A program made the position numbers and the translations under genes. DNA of 64,000 nucleotides from a virus (taxonomy: Duplodnaviria; Caudoviricetes), in IMG/VR virus record IMGVR_UViG_3300001598_000050, positions 6,461 through 70,460 of that record; one strand, written 5' to 3'. This document shows, in pieces, positions 45,531 through 53,164 of the stretch (positions within the stretch are counted from its first letter, which is position 1; every line of letters begins with the position of its first letter). Under the pieces are notes generated by a model that ran no database searches, was not told the origin of the DNA, and saw only the letters and a program-made list of their open reading frames with translations.

Positions 45531-46376
45531 TTATTCTGCCACTTCAAACTTTTTTTCAAGCTTTGTAGCTTCATAGTTGTCAATATGAAAGTCATTTTCA
45601 GTAAAAGCATAAAAGTCTTTTACTTCCGGATTAAGCCAGAACTTTGGTGCAGGATATTCAGGATTCTGCATGACTTCTTTAATCAGCTCTTCATGTCTGT
45701 CATAAATATGCAAGTTCATAATTACATGCACAAACTCGCCGGGCTCATAGCCGCATGCCTGTGCCATCATACATTGCAACATAGCATACTGAATTTCATC
45801 CCAGCCACCAGGTGCACCTGCGGCAAGGGCATCTGCCGACCGCTGCAGTAAAGTCATATTAAGCTTATTACCTTGAACATCCCAGTACGTTTCATAGACA
45901 CACGGCGCAAGTGCCATATCTTTAAGGTCGTCAGGACGCCACATAGTTACAATCATTCTACGGTTCATCGGATTATTCTTAAGATTGTAGATAAGCGCAT
46001 CTACCTGGTCCATAAAGCCTTCAGGAAGCTCATATTTCTGTGCAAGCTGATATGAATAAGACTTTCCGATTGTACCATCAGGCTGTTCCCAAGCACGCCA
46101 GATGCCAGCAGCAGGACCAAGCTCATCAACTACATTAGACTTTTTCTGCCACATCCATAAAAGCTCTCTGATACAATTCTTAAACATCTGTTTTCTGATT
46201 GTCAGTGCAGGAAATTCTTTTGAAAGGTCATAACGCGTAACATAGCTGAAAATCTTCTTAGTGTGAGCAGGAGTTCCGTCAGGCCACTTAGGTCTTACAG
46301 TATAATCGATGTCATTAAAGCCTTCTTCAAGAATTTTTGTACAGGCATCTTTAAAGTATTTGTCTGCAAGACTCAT
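45531..46376 (-). CDS. thyA: thymidylate synthase-family enzyme with Asp at the Asn177 position
   Basis: ELLWMW, GKSYSYQ, RRMIVTMW, LAPCVY, QRSAD, GGWDEIQY, NLHIYDRH. Confidence 0.9.
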   Translation of the reverse strand: MSLADKYFKDACTKILEEGFNDIDYTVRPKWPDGTPAHTKKIFSYVTRYDLSKEFPALTIRKQMFKNCIRELLWMWQKKSNVVDELGPAAGIWRAWEQPDGTIGKSYSYQLAQKYELPEGFMDQVDALIYNLKNNPMNRRMIVTMWRPDDLKDMALAPCVYETYWDVQGNKLNMTLLQRSADALAAGAPGGWDEIQYAMLQCMMAQACGYEPGEFVHVIMNLHIYDRHEELIKEVMQNPEYPAPKFWLNPEVKDFYAFTENDFHIDNYEATKLEKKFEVAE

Positions 46377-46645
46377 TCTTCAATTTCCTTCTTTACTGCA
46401 GACTCAGTAGCTTCTGCTGCAACAGCAGCTGACTCAGATTTTGTTTCTGTTTCAATAGACTCCTTCGCCTGCGGACGAAGTTTCTGCCCCCAGTTACACA
46501 CAAATCCGCCATCACCGGCAGGTTCGATATTGATTGAGTTGTAAAAAGGATTTTCGGGCGAGTATGACATATTCATAAGAACTGTCAGAAGTGCGATAAG
46601 TTCACCGTCATTAATCATTTTGGGAGTGAAATACATTGAATTCAT
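46373..46645 (-). CDS. hypothetical protein
   Basis: 90-aa ORF overlapping the thyA start. Confidence 0.6.
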   Translation of the reverse strand: MNSMYFTPKMINDGELIALLTVLMNMSYSPENPFYNSINIEPAGDGGFVCNWGQKLRPQAKESIETETKSESAAVAAEATESAVKKEIEE

Positions 46646-46659
46646 TTTTTATACCTCGT

Positions 46660-47019
46660 TTATTTATTATCTCCGTCAAAAATATTGACATTTTCTTTAT
46701 CTGATTTTATTGCTCTGCCAGTATCCTGTACAAGACCTAACAGAAGAATATCATAATTTACTGCATCGGTCAGCTTTTCCGTCCAACGCTCAAGTGTAAA
46801 CTGCTCTTTACTGTTAATCATAGCAATAATGCTTTCAAGATGCTTTAACTGATAGCCGAGCAGTACCTGCTCAGGTGTCCAGTTAGAAATAGCTGCTCCG
46901 CGTTTAAATGAGTCAAATCTGTCTTCAGTCAGATTATACTCGCCTTGCTTTTTAATAAGCAAACTTCGAATATATTCCAATTCTTTGTCTGCAATACTGT
47001 TAAAGTCTTCTCTTGTCAT
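46660..47019 (-). CDS. all-alpha protein resembling nucleotide-modification-associated / NTP pyrophosphohydrolase-like domains
   Basis: KKQGEY...DRFDSF...KHLESI...WTEKLTDAVNYDILL pattern. Confidence 0.45.
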   Translation of the reverse strand: MTREDFNSIADKELEYIRSLLIKKQGEYNLTEDRFDSFKRGAAISNWTPEQVLLGYQLKHLESIIAMINSKEQFTLERWTEKLTDAVNYDILLLGLVQDTGRAIKSDKENVNIFDGDNK

Positions 47020-47129
47020 TTTTTTATCCTTTCTGTGCTAAAAAAATTCATCACTTTATTATACAATGGCCGGAAGTCGTTTTTTTCAAAAGCTGCTAAA
47101 ATTTTTTAACATGTCTGAAAAATCACTCC

Positions 47130-47275
47130 CGGCGCTAATATAATATATTTTAAAACTATTTAAAAGCTATATAAAGTTTTATATAATACTTATTAAAAGC
47201 TTTTTATAAAACTTATTAAAGCTTAATAAAGCTATATAAAAGCTTATTATAGCTCTTAATATATTATACAATATT
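47130..47275. repeat. extremely AT-rich non-coding tract with iterated AAAGCT; candidate replication origin
   Basis: AAAGCT near 47163, 47196, 47218, 47228 and 47239; almost no G/C otherwise; no ORF. Confidence 0.45.
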
Positions 47276-47296
47276 TTTTTTAAATTTTGCGCGAAC

Positions 47297-47332
47297 GAAA
47301 AAAGAGCCTGAGTTTTTACGTCAAGCTCTTTT
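47297..47332 (-). terminator. rho-independent terminator closing the tail cluster (CGTAAAAA loop)
   Basis: AAAAGAGCTTGA-CGTAAAAAC-TCAGGCTCTTTTTT. Confidence 0.7.
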
Positions 47333-47456
47333 ATTTATTGTTATACAGCCCTAGGAAGCTCCAGAACGCTCCATAGCTTTACCCATATAAATACTAGTAA
47401 AAACTGTTATCGAGCTTCTGGGAGCCCCGTAGGAGCCTCTTGGGTTGTATTACAGC

Positions 47457-47597
47457 TTAATCCAAGCTTTCTGCTGTGTTTTCAAGCTGATGAATTCGGT
47501 CTCTGACACGTTCAGCCTCTTCATACAGCTCCATTAACATTAAGCTGGAATAGACTATACATCTGACCGGATCATATACAGTCTCTGTAATTCCCAT
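47457..47597 (-). CDS. possible small protein (46 aa)
   Basis: MGITETVYDPVRCIVYSSLMLMELYEEAERVRDRIHQLENTAESLD*; weak RBS. Confidence 0.3.
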   Translation of the reverse strand: MGITETVYDPVRCIVYSSLMLMELYEEAERVRDRIHQLENTAESLD

Positions 47598-47622
47598 AGC
47601 TTCAAACTTCTTCTTATTTCAC

Positions 47623-48870
47623 TCATTTATTTTCCTTATAGTGACTAAACCATTCTTCAAGCACAGGCATATCTGCAATTCCGGCTGTAACTGAGTTTAA
47701 AAATACCTGGCCTGGTGTTATACAGTCCGGGAAGATTTTACGTCTTGTTGCGTTCAGCTGATGTCTAAGAGTCTCGTTTTCTTCTCTTAGCTCCGAAATT
47801 CTAGCCCTCAGGCTGTCTCTGTTATAGAATATGTATGACTTAAACTCATTAATCAGTGCGACAATGCCAGCCAGTACAGACTGGTCAGACTCTGTATCAA
47901 TTGAATTGAATTTTGTGATAAAAGCTTCAATAGCTTTATTATCTTTGTAGTCTTCTGCTTCAAGTTGCGCAATAGCTTCATCATGCTCACGGGTATTTAT
48001 ATTAATTTGCTGAATAATATCACTGCACTCCCTGAGTACTTCAGGAGTCAATTTCGGGTTCATGGACCTTTGTTGCAGCTGTGCACATGCTTTCCAACGG
48101 ACTATCAGTTTTTCAGGCAGACCTAAAAAGTTTCGTCTACTCAGTGCTTGATATTTATCTGCATCATTGTGCCCGACAAGTATGCCATTTGCATAGTATA
48201 AGTTATTAGAAGATACTAAGTTATAGTGTCTTTCTGGAATCGGATGATATAATTCACTGAAACTTATAATTTTTGACATTTCCGTGTCAGAAATTCTCAC
48301 ATTGTCTCCAGCTTCAAACGCTTTACTTGAATGAATTCGATTATCCTCTTCACACCAGAGCGAATGCTCTTTATAAATTTCAAGAGTCGATCCGCTGGCA
48401 GTTACTAACATTGAATAAATCTGATCAATACCTGTGCATTCTGAAATAAGTGCCATTGCTGTAACTGCTATTTTTGCAGAGGGATCATAAGATAAAATTA
48501 AATCACCTGTTTTAACGTCTTCAATGTTTTTTGTAGTTCCGTCAGCCATAGTAATCTGGGTTCCTTCTATAAAACAGGTTTTCTGGAAACCATCTTCTAC
48601 CAGCTTAGCTTCAAGTTCAGTAAGCTTTAGGCTTATTACATCATCTATGACATCTATATACTCACTACCAGCTAAAGTATTTTGTTTTGCATCCCATACA
48701 GCTGTTTTTACCTCAGGAATATTTGTTTCGTGGGACATCGTAGTTCCATTGTATTTCGGTCTGTTTGACAGCTCGTCAAAGTCAGAAGTGCCACCACTGA
48801 CATTTTGCTTATATTTTTTTCCGTTTATTTCAAATGAGTCCACTAGTATTACTTCATCATTGTTTGGCAT
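47623..48870 (-). CDS. tail-associated protein with a Hint (BIL-type) domain
   Basis: CFIEGTQITMADG...YNLVSSNNLYYANGILVGHN-D at aa 99-235; N-terminal RPKY...IPEVKTAVWD module shared with the 50208 gene. Confidence 0.75.
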   Translation of the reverse strand: MPNNDEVILVDSFEINGKKYKQNVSGGTSDFDELSNRPKYNGTTMSHETNIPEVKTAVWDAKQNTLAGSEYIDVIDDVISLKLTELEAKLVEDGFQKTCFIEGTQITMADGTTKNIEDVKTGDLILSYDPSAKIAVTAMALISECTGIDQIYSMLVTASGSTLEIYKEHSLWCEEDNRIHSSKAFEAGDNVRISDTEMSKIISFSELYHPIPERHYNLVSSNNLYYANGILVGHNDADKYQALSRRNFLGLPEKLIVRWKACAQLQQRSMNPKLTPEVLRECSDIIQQININTREHDEAIAQLEAEDYKDNKAIEAFITKFNSIDTESDQSVLAGIVALINEFKSYIFYNRDSLRARISELREENETLRHQLNATRRKIFPDCITPGQVFLNSVTAGIADMPVLEEWFSHYKENK

Positions 48871-48939
48871 AATCTACTCCTTTTCTATAGCTAAACTGTG
48901 TAGTTCTTAGTTAATTTAGCAAATAAAACAGTAAATAAA

Positions 48940-48968
48940 TAAAGGGGTGCTATTAAGACACCCCTTAT
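48940..48968 (-). terminator. rho-independent terminator
   Basis: AAGGGGTGTC-loop-GCACCCCTTTATTTA after the oxidoreductase gene. Confidence 0.6.
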
Positions 48969-48976
48969 TAGTCTTT

Positions 48977-50149
48977 TTATATTCCAACTGTGCAAGGTAA
49001 TGTAGGCTCTTTATCATCCACATAAAATGGGGTCAAATCATCGTCTCGAATCTTGTCACGCTCAGTTTTGTTTGTAAAATCAGGTAACTCGATATTATTC
49101 GAACCACCTAATATACTTCTCCAGCCGTATATCTGAACAGCTGACATATTTACTGCTTTGTAAACATCAAAGATAGGTTTTTCTTCGCCTCGAATAGCTT
49201 TGAAAAAGTTATCAAGTAATAACACGTCAGAACCTTGATGCTGCAGACCGTTGAAGTCATACTTCTTTCTAAGTTCTTCTGAATACTCTACGTCATTAAT
49301 CAGATTAGAAATATCAAGCCCTTCAGGTTTAGACCACGTATTATACCAGTATCTTAAAGAATAAGCGTGACCTCTAACTGTTTCAATACCGCCAAGATCA
49401 CCTACAGCACGATAATATCTGCCGTGTCCAGCATAATGCGTGCATCCGCTTATTCGAAGCAAAGGTCCTTCTTTCGTGCTTACGAGCATTACTCCTGCCA
49501 TTTCGGTATAATGATAGCCATGTTCATCTGCAAAGTCTTTTGGACCTTGTGCAGGCTTAGCTACAACGCTGGTTGGAGTTATATTTAATACATGCATCAA
49601 TGGTGCTAAAGCGTGATCAGCATAAAATGTACAAGGTCTATATGCACGCCAATGTTCTTCTGCTGTCATTTGAAGCCTTTTAGCTTTTGCAGCAAGCATT
49701 GGATGGCAATATTCACCTTCTGCATATACGATTTGTCCGAATTCGCCGTTGTCAACTCGCTGTTTCATTTGTAAAACAGTAGGAATACAGGCATAATTTT
49801 CAAGAAGAGAATAAACTTTTCCGCTTTCTTCTACGGCCTCTACAAGGTCCACACATTCCTTTGGTGTTACCGCTGCAGTGATTTCAGACAATACATGCTT
49901 ACCAGACTTCAATGCTTGAATAGCCATTCTTGCATGAGAACAATAAAAATTGGATATAATTATAGCGTTGATTTCATCATCTGCGAGCATATCTTCATAT
50001 GTTTCATAATACTGATATTGCTTACAACGACTATCCTCTTTGCCATAATTGAAATATCCTTTAAGTCGAACCTCTGGCTCGAACTGGTGAATACATTTAC
50101 GTATCGTACCAGCTCGACCACCCGATCCTACTATACCTAAAACAATCAT
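48977..50149 (-). CDS. Gfo/Idh/MocA-family NAD(P)-dependent oxidoreductase
   Basis: GIVGSGGRA, YEDMLADDEINAIIISNFYCSHARMAIQALKSGKHVLSE, LENY, YAEGEYCH. Confidence 0.85.
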   Translation of the reverse strand: MIVLGIVGSGGRAGTIRKCIHQFEPEVRLKGYFNYGKEDSRCKQYQYYETYEDMLADDEINAIIISNFYCSHARMAIQALKSGKHVLSEITAAVTPKECVDLVEAVEESGKVYSLLENYACIPTVLQMKQRVDNGEFGQIVYAEGEYCHPMLAAKAKRLQMTAEEHWRAYRPCTFYADHALAPLMHVLNITPTSVVAKPAQGPKDFADEHGYHYTEMAGVMLVSTKEGPLLRISGCTHYAGHGRYYRAVGDLGGIETVRGHAYSLRYWYNTWSKPEGLDISNLINDVEYSEELRKKYDFNGLQHQGSDVLLLDNFFKAIRGEEKPIFDVYKAVNMSAVQIYGWRSILGGSNNIELPDFTNKTERDKIRDDDLTPFYVDDKEPTLPCTVGI

Positions 50150-50207
50150 AACTTAACCTCACTTCGCAAGAAATCCGTTGACTTTAGTCATAGGTAGTTC
50201 ACTATTT

Positions 50208-51287
50208 TTACATTACCGTATCAGATACAGTCCAGTCTGATATGGACCACGTCCACTCAACGGAATGCCCACAGCCATCATCACTTGCATCTGAAGTATA
50301 TGCGTGGATACTAAGATTGCTACCATCTTTAAGTAAATACACAGGAATCAAATTAAATTCATATGTTGTACAATCAATCTCAATTGACGTTCCGTGCGTG
50401 TATCCCGTGCAAGCATATTTTTTGGAAGCCGTTAAAGCTCCTGCAATACCTGCAATTGTAGTATATGATGTGCTTGTTGTATTTAGGATATTAAATGATA
50501 TACATTCGGTTCCATTACTATGGGCATTTGTCAATACAATACTATGTAAATATTTTGTTGTACCGCCACTACCGCCAGCAGGTATGCTCTTTGTTGTGCC
50601 ATTGATTGTGATTGATGTCCAATTTCCACCAGATGCAACGCCAGATACTACAGATTTGCCATCCCAAGTTGCTGTTTTTACTTCCGGAATAGCTGTTGAG
50701 CCAGTCATTGCAGATCCTGCATAAGAAGGTCTGCTTGTCAGATCACCAAAAGCATGACTGTGTGAGCTTGCAGCTGCTCCTATACTATTGTATGAAATTG
50801 TTCTTGCAGTTGAGCCGTCAAATGTAGTGCCAGAGGCTGCACCAGAGCCACCATTGCTGAATGTAAGAGCTGCATTAACCTTATTTGCACTTGTTGCAGC
50901 ACCTCCTGCAGAGGAAGATCCGGCGTAATTGTGAGTATGATTACCGGCAGCAGCAGTTGATGCCGTAGTTCCGATTGTGAGATTAGAAGTCCCAGCACCA
51001 ATATTGCTTCTTGCCTGAGCTTTTTCTTCAGTTGTTTTAGTTTCAGCAGTGTAATGAACAGCATTAGGATCTGAAGTTCCACCGCTCTGAATAGCATCAT
51101 AAACGGCCTTAGCGCCTGCTACCTGAGCATTTGTAGAAGCTGCTGTAATGCTTGTTGCAATATCAGATGGTTCAAGATAATCCTCGTCAGTTACCATATA
51201 TAACTGATTTGGTTCTGGCGTTAACCCCTCATATTGTGCTTTTGTTAGTTCATTTATTACTAATTGTTGTAATTGTGTATCAGCCAT
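50208..51287 (-). CDS. tail fibre-related protein
   Basis: Gly/Ser/Thr-rich; NAVHYTAETKT..QARSNIGA and AAAGNHTH fibre modules. Confidence 0.65.
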   Translation of the reverse strand: MADTQLQQLVINELTKAQYEGLTPEPNQLYMVTDEDYLEPSDIATSITAASTNAQVAGAKAVYDAIQSGGTSDPNAVHYTAETKTTEEKAQARSNIGAGTSNLTIGTTASTAAAGNHTHNYAGSSSAGGAATSANKVNAALTFSNGGSGAASGTTFDGSTARTISYNSIGAAASSHSHAFGDLTSRPSYAGSAMTGSTAIPEVKTATWDGKSVVSGVASGGNWTSITINGTTKSIPAGGSGGTTKYLHSIVLTNAHSNGTECISFNILNTTSTSYTTIAGIAGALTASKKYACTGYTHGTSIEIDCTTYEFNLIPVYLLKDGSNLSIHAYTSDASDDGCGHSVEWTWSISDWTVSDTVM

Positions 51288-51306
51288 TTTTTTAACTCTC
51301 CTTTGC

Positions 51307-53163
51307 TTAGCTTACAGCTGAAATTGTTCCTGCTGCCGTATATGTTGAGTCATAGACTGTATCACCTACTGCAGGAGCTATTGCGTTTGTAGTATAGACT
51401 ACATCAGTATCGTTTATCCAGCTGTAATAGCTGTTGTCATAATCATAATGCTCGCCGTCTCTGTCATAAACTACACCATCTACTGTTATGTGATTTACCA
51501 TATCAAAGTATAAAGTAGCGTTAGTTGCACCGAACTTGCTTGAATATCCAGCCAATGCTTCGACAGTCGCCTGATTTTCAATGCCAAAGTGGATCTCAGT
51601 TAAGTATGAGCAGTTATTGAAGATGTTCTTACCGGTTGTTCCATCTTCTGTGAACTTGGGCAGATATATCTTATCAAGTGCATCGCAATAACTGAAGTGG
51701 CCATTGGTTGCAGTTGTACTGCGGTTGTAGATGGCTGTCAGCTCAGGGAATATCACATCGCACTTACCACAGTAAGTGGCCAAATCGCTGGTGAACGCAT
51801 ACTTGAATATAGAATAACATGAGGTACCGGAGTTAAGACCCACTTGCCGAAGTACAGGGAATCTGAAGTGGTTGATGTTGTTATCGAATGATGCGCGGCA
51901 GTTGCCGAACGCGTAGTTGAACGTCAGTGTACCGCCGTTGATTATTTTGAGATCTTGGAATGTGGCTTTGTTCAGAGCAAAGCAGTTGCGGAATGTGTTG
52001 TTAAATGGATTCGTCACACTAAGATTCGCTGCCGGGTTGAAAGAGATGATAGCGTCTTCAAGTGCAGAACATCCGTAGAACATGTAAGCGAAGCTACCGG
52101 TTCCTGATGAATTAAGTCCGTCAATTGATGCGTGTTTGAGACTTGTGCAGTTCTGACATAAGTAGGACCAACTGTTGGCAGGAGCATAGGACCAAGTTAT
52201 GCCCTTATTAATGGTTACACTTTCAAGATACGGATTATCTGCAAGGGTATAATAGTAAGGTGCATAAGTGTTATTGGTAAAAGGACCGGTTGCTGTAAAA
52301 GATTTGATCGTGCTGTAGCGGAATGCGTTCTGAAGCGAAGTATTTGCTTCTCTTGCTGGAATTATAACGTCATGCAGAGTAGGCGTTGCGGGTAATGATG
52401 TGTTATAGAAATCATCTACTGTAGCACCCCATTTTGTTTTAGAAGGAATGTTAACGACTAACGGGCTTGCGAATCCGCCGTACAATGTTTCGCTTGTTGC
52501 GGTGCCGGCAGTTACTCCTGTACCTGTAATATCATAGATTATACATGTTGACTTATCTAAAATATGAAGCACATTATTTTCATCCTTAACAGGCACAAAC
52601 CAGTGTGTAGTAGTCCCGTTTTCAATGAACTTAAGGTAGTTGAATTCACCTATAAATTTTTGAGAATGCGTTCCATTACCTTCGTTATATGCAAATAAAT
52701 CTAAAGATGGAGCGCCTTTAACAGCATTATCATTGTTTTTAGCTATAGAGCGTCCGTTTATAGTGGCCGCATTACCAGATTTAATAAAAGTATATTCGAC
52801 ACCAACGTCGGCATAAATAGTGCCTGACGTGTACTCGCCATGCATATACAAGTAGAATCCAGAAGCTGTTTGGTTAAGCAGTACCTGATATGAAGACCCC
52901 AGAGCTCCGAATAATGCTGATTTGTCGTAGCCACTCATTAACTGAGTAACTTTGAACTTGGCTTCGATATCCCAGTTACAAGCATCTGGAACTGGGATAT
53001 CTGTAGCAACATAAGCTTCTCCGGTGAACGTCATACTGTTTAACACAGTCAGATTGGCGCCGGAATTATATGTGCCATTCTTAGTTATCGGGGAAATGTC
53101 TTTAAGTTCTGCTGTTTTTCTGATTATCGGACATACTTTATGTCCATTTGCATATAATGCCAT
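51307..53163 (-). CDS. putative receptor-binding protein with a beta-sandwich domain and BspA-like LRRs
   Basis: repeats such as YLCQNCTSLKHA, YMFYGCSALEDA, NTFRNCFALNKA, NIFNNCSYLTEI. Confidence 0.65.
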   Translation of the reverse strand: MALYANGHKVCPIIRKTAELKDISPITKNGTYNSGANLTVLNSMTFTGEAYVATDIPVPDACNWDIEAKFKVTQLMSGYDKSALFGALGSSYQVLLNQTASGFYLYMHGEYTSGTIYADVGVEYTFIKSGNAATINGRSIAKNNDNAVKGAPSLDLFAYNEGNGTHSQKFIGEFNYLKFIENGTTTHWFVPVKDENNVLHILDKSTCIIYDITGTGVTAGTATSETLYGGFASPLVVNIPSKTKWGATVDDFYNTSLPATPTLHDVIIPAREANTSLQNAFRYSTIKSFTATGPFTNNTYAPYYYTLADNPYLESVTINKGITWSYAPANSWSYLCQNCTSLKHASIDGLNSSGTGSFAYMFYGCSALEDAIISFNPAANLSVTNPFNNTFRNCFALNKATFQDLKIINGGTLTFNYAFGNCRASFDNNINHFRFPVLRQVGLNSGTSCYSIFKYAFTSDLATYCGKCDVIFPELTAIYNRSTTATNGHFSYCDALDKIYLPKFTEDGTTGKNIFNNCSYLTEIHFGIENQATVEALAGYSSKFGATNATLYFDMVNHITVDGVVYDRDGEHYDYDNSYYSWINDTDVVYTTNAIAPAVGDTVYDSTYTAAGTISAVS

Positions 53164-53164
53164 A

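Noticed and set aside
1-46400. Bacterial chromosome origin suggested by the many housekeeping-like genes
   Set aside because: Single-strand dense packing, gp46/47- and gp32-like genes, phage-type PolA with a homing endonuclease, many small unknowns and a tail-fibre cluster indicate a phage. Capsid and terminase genes are not in this window.
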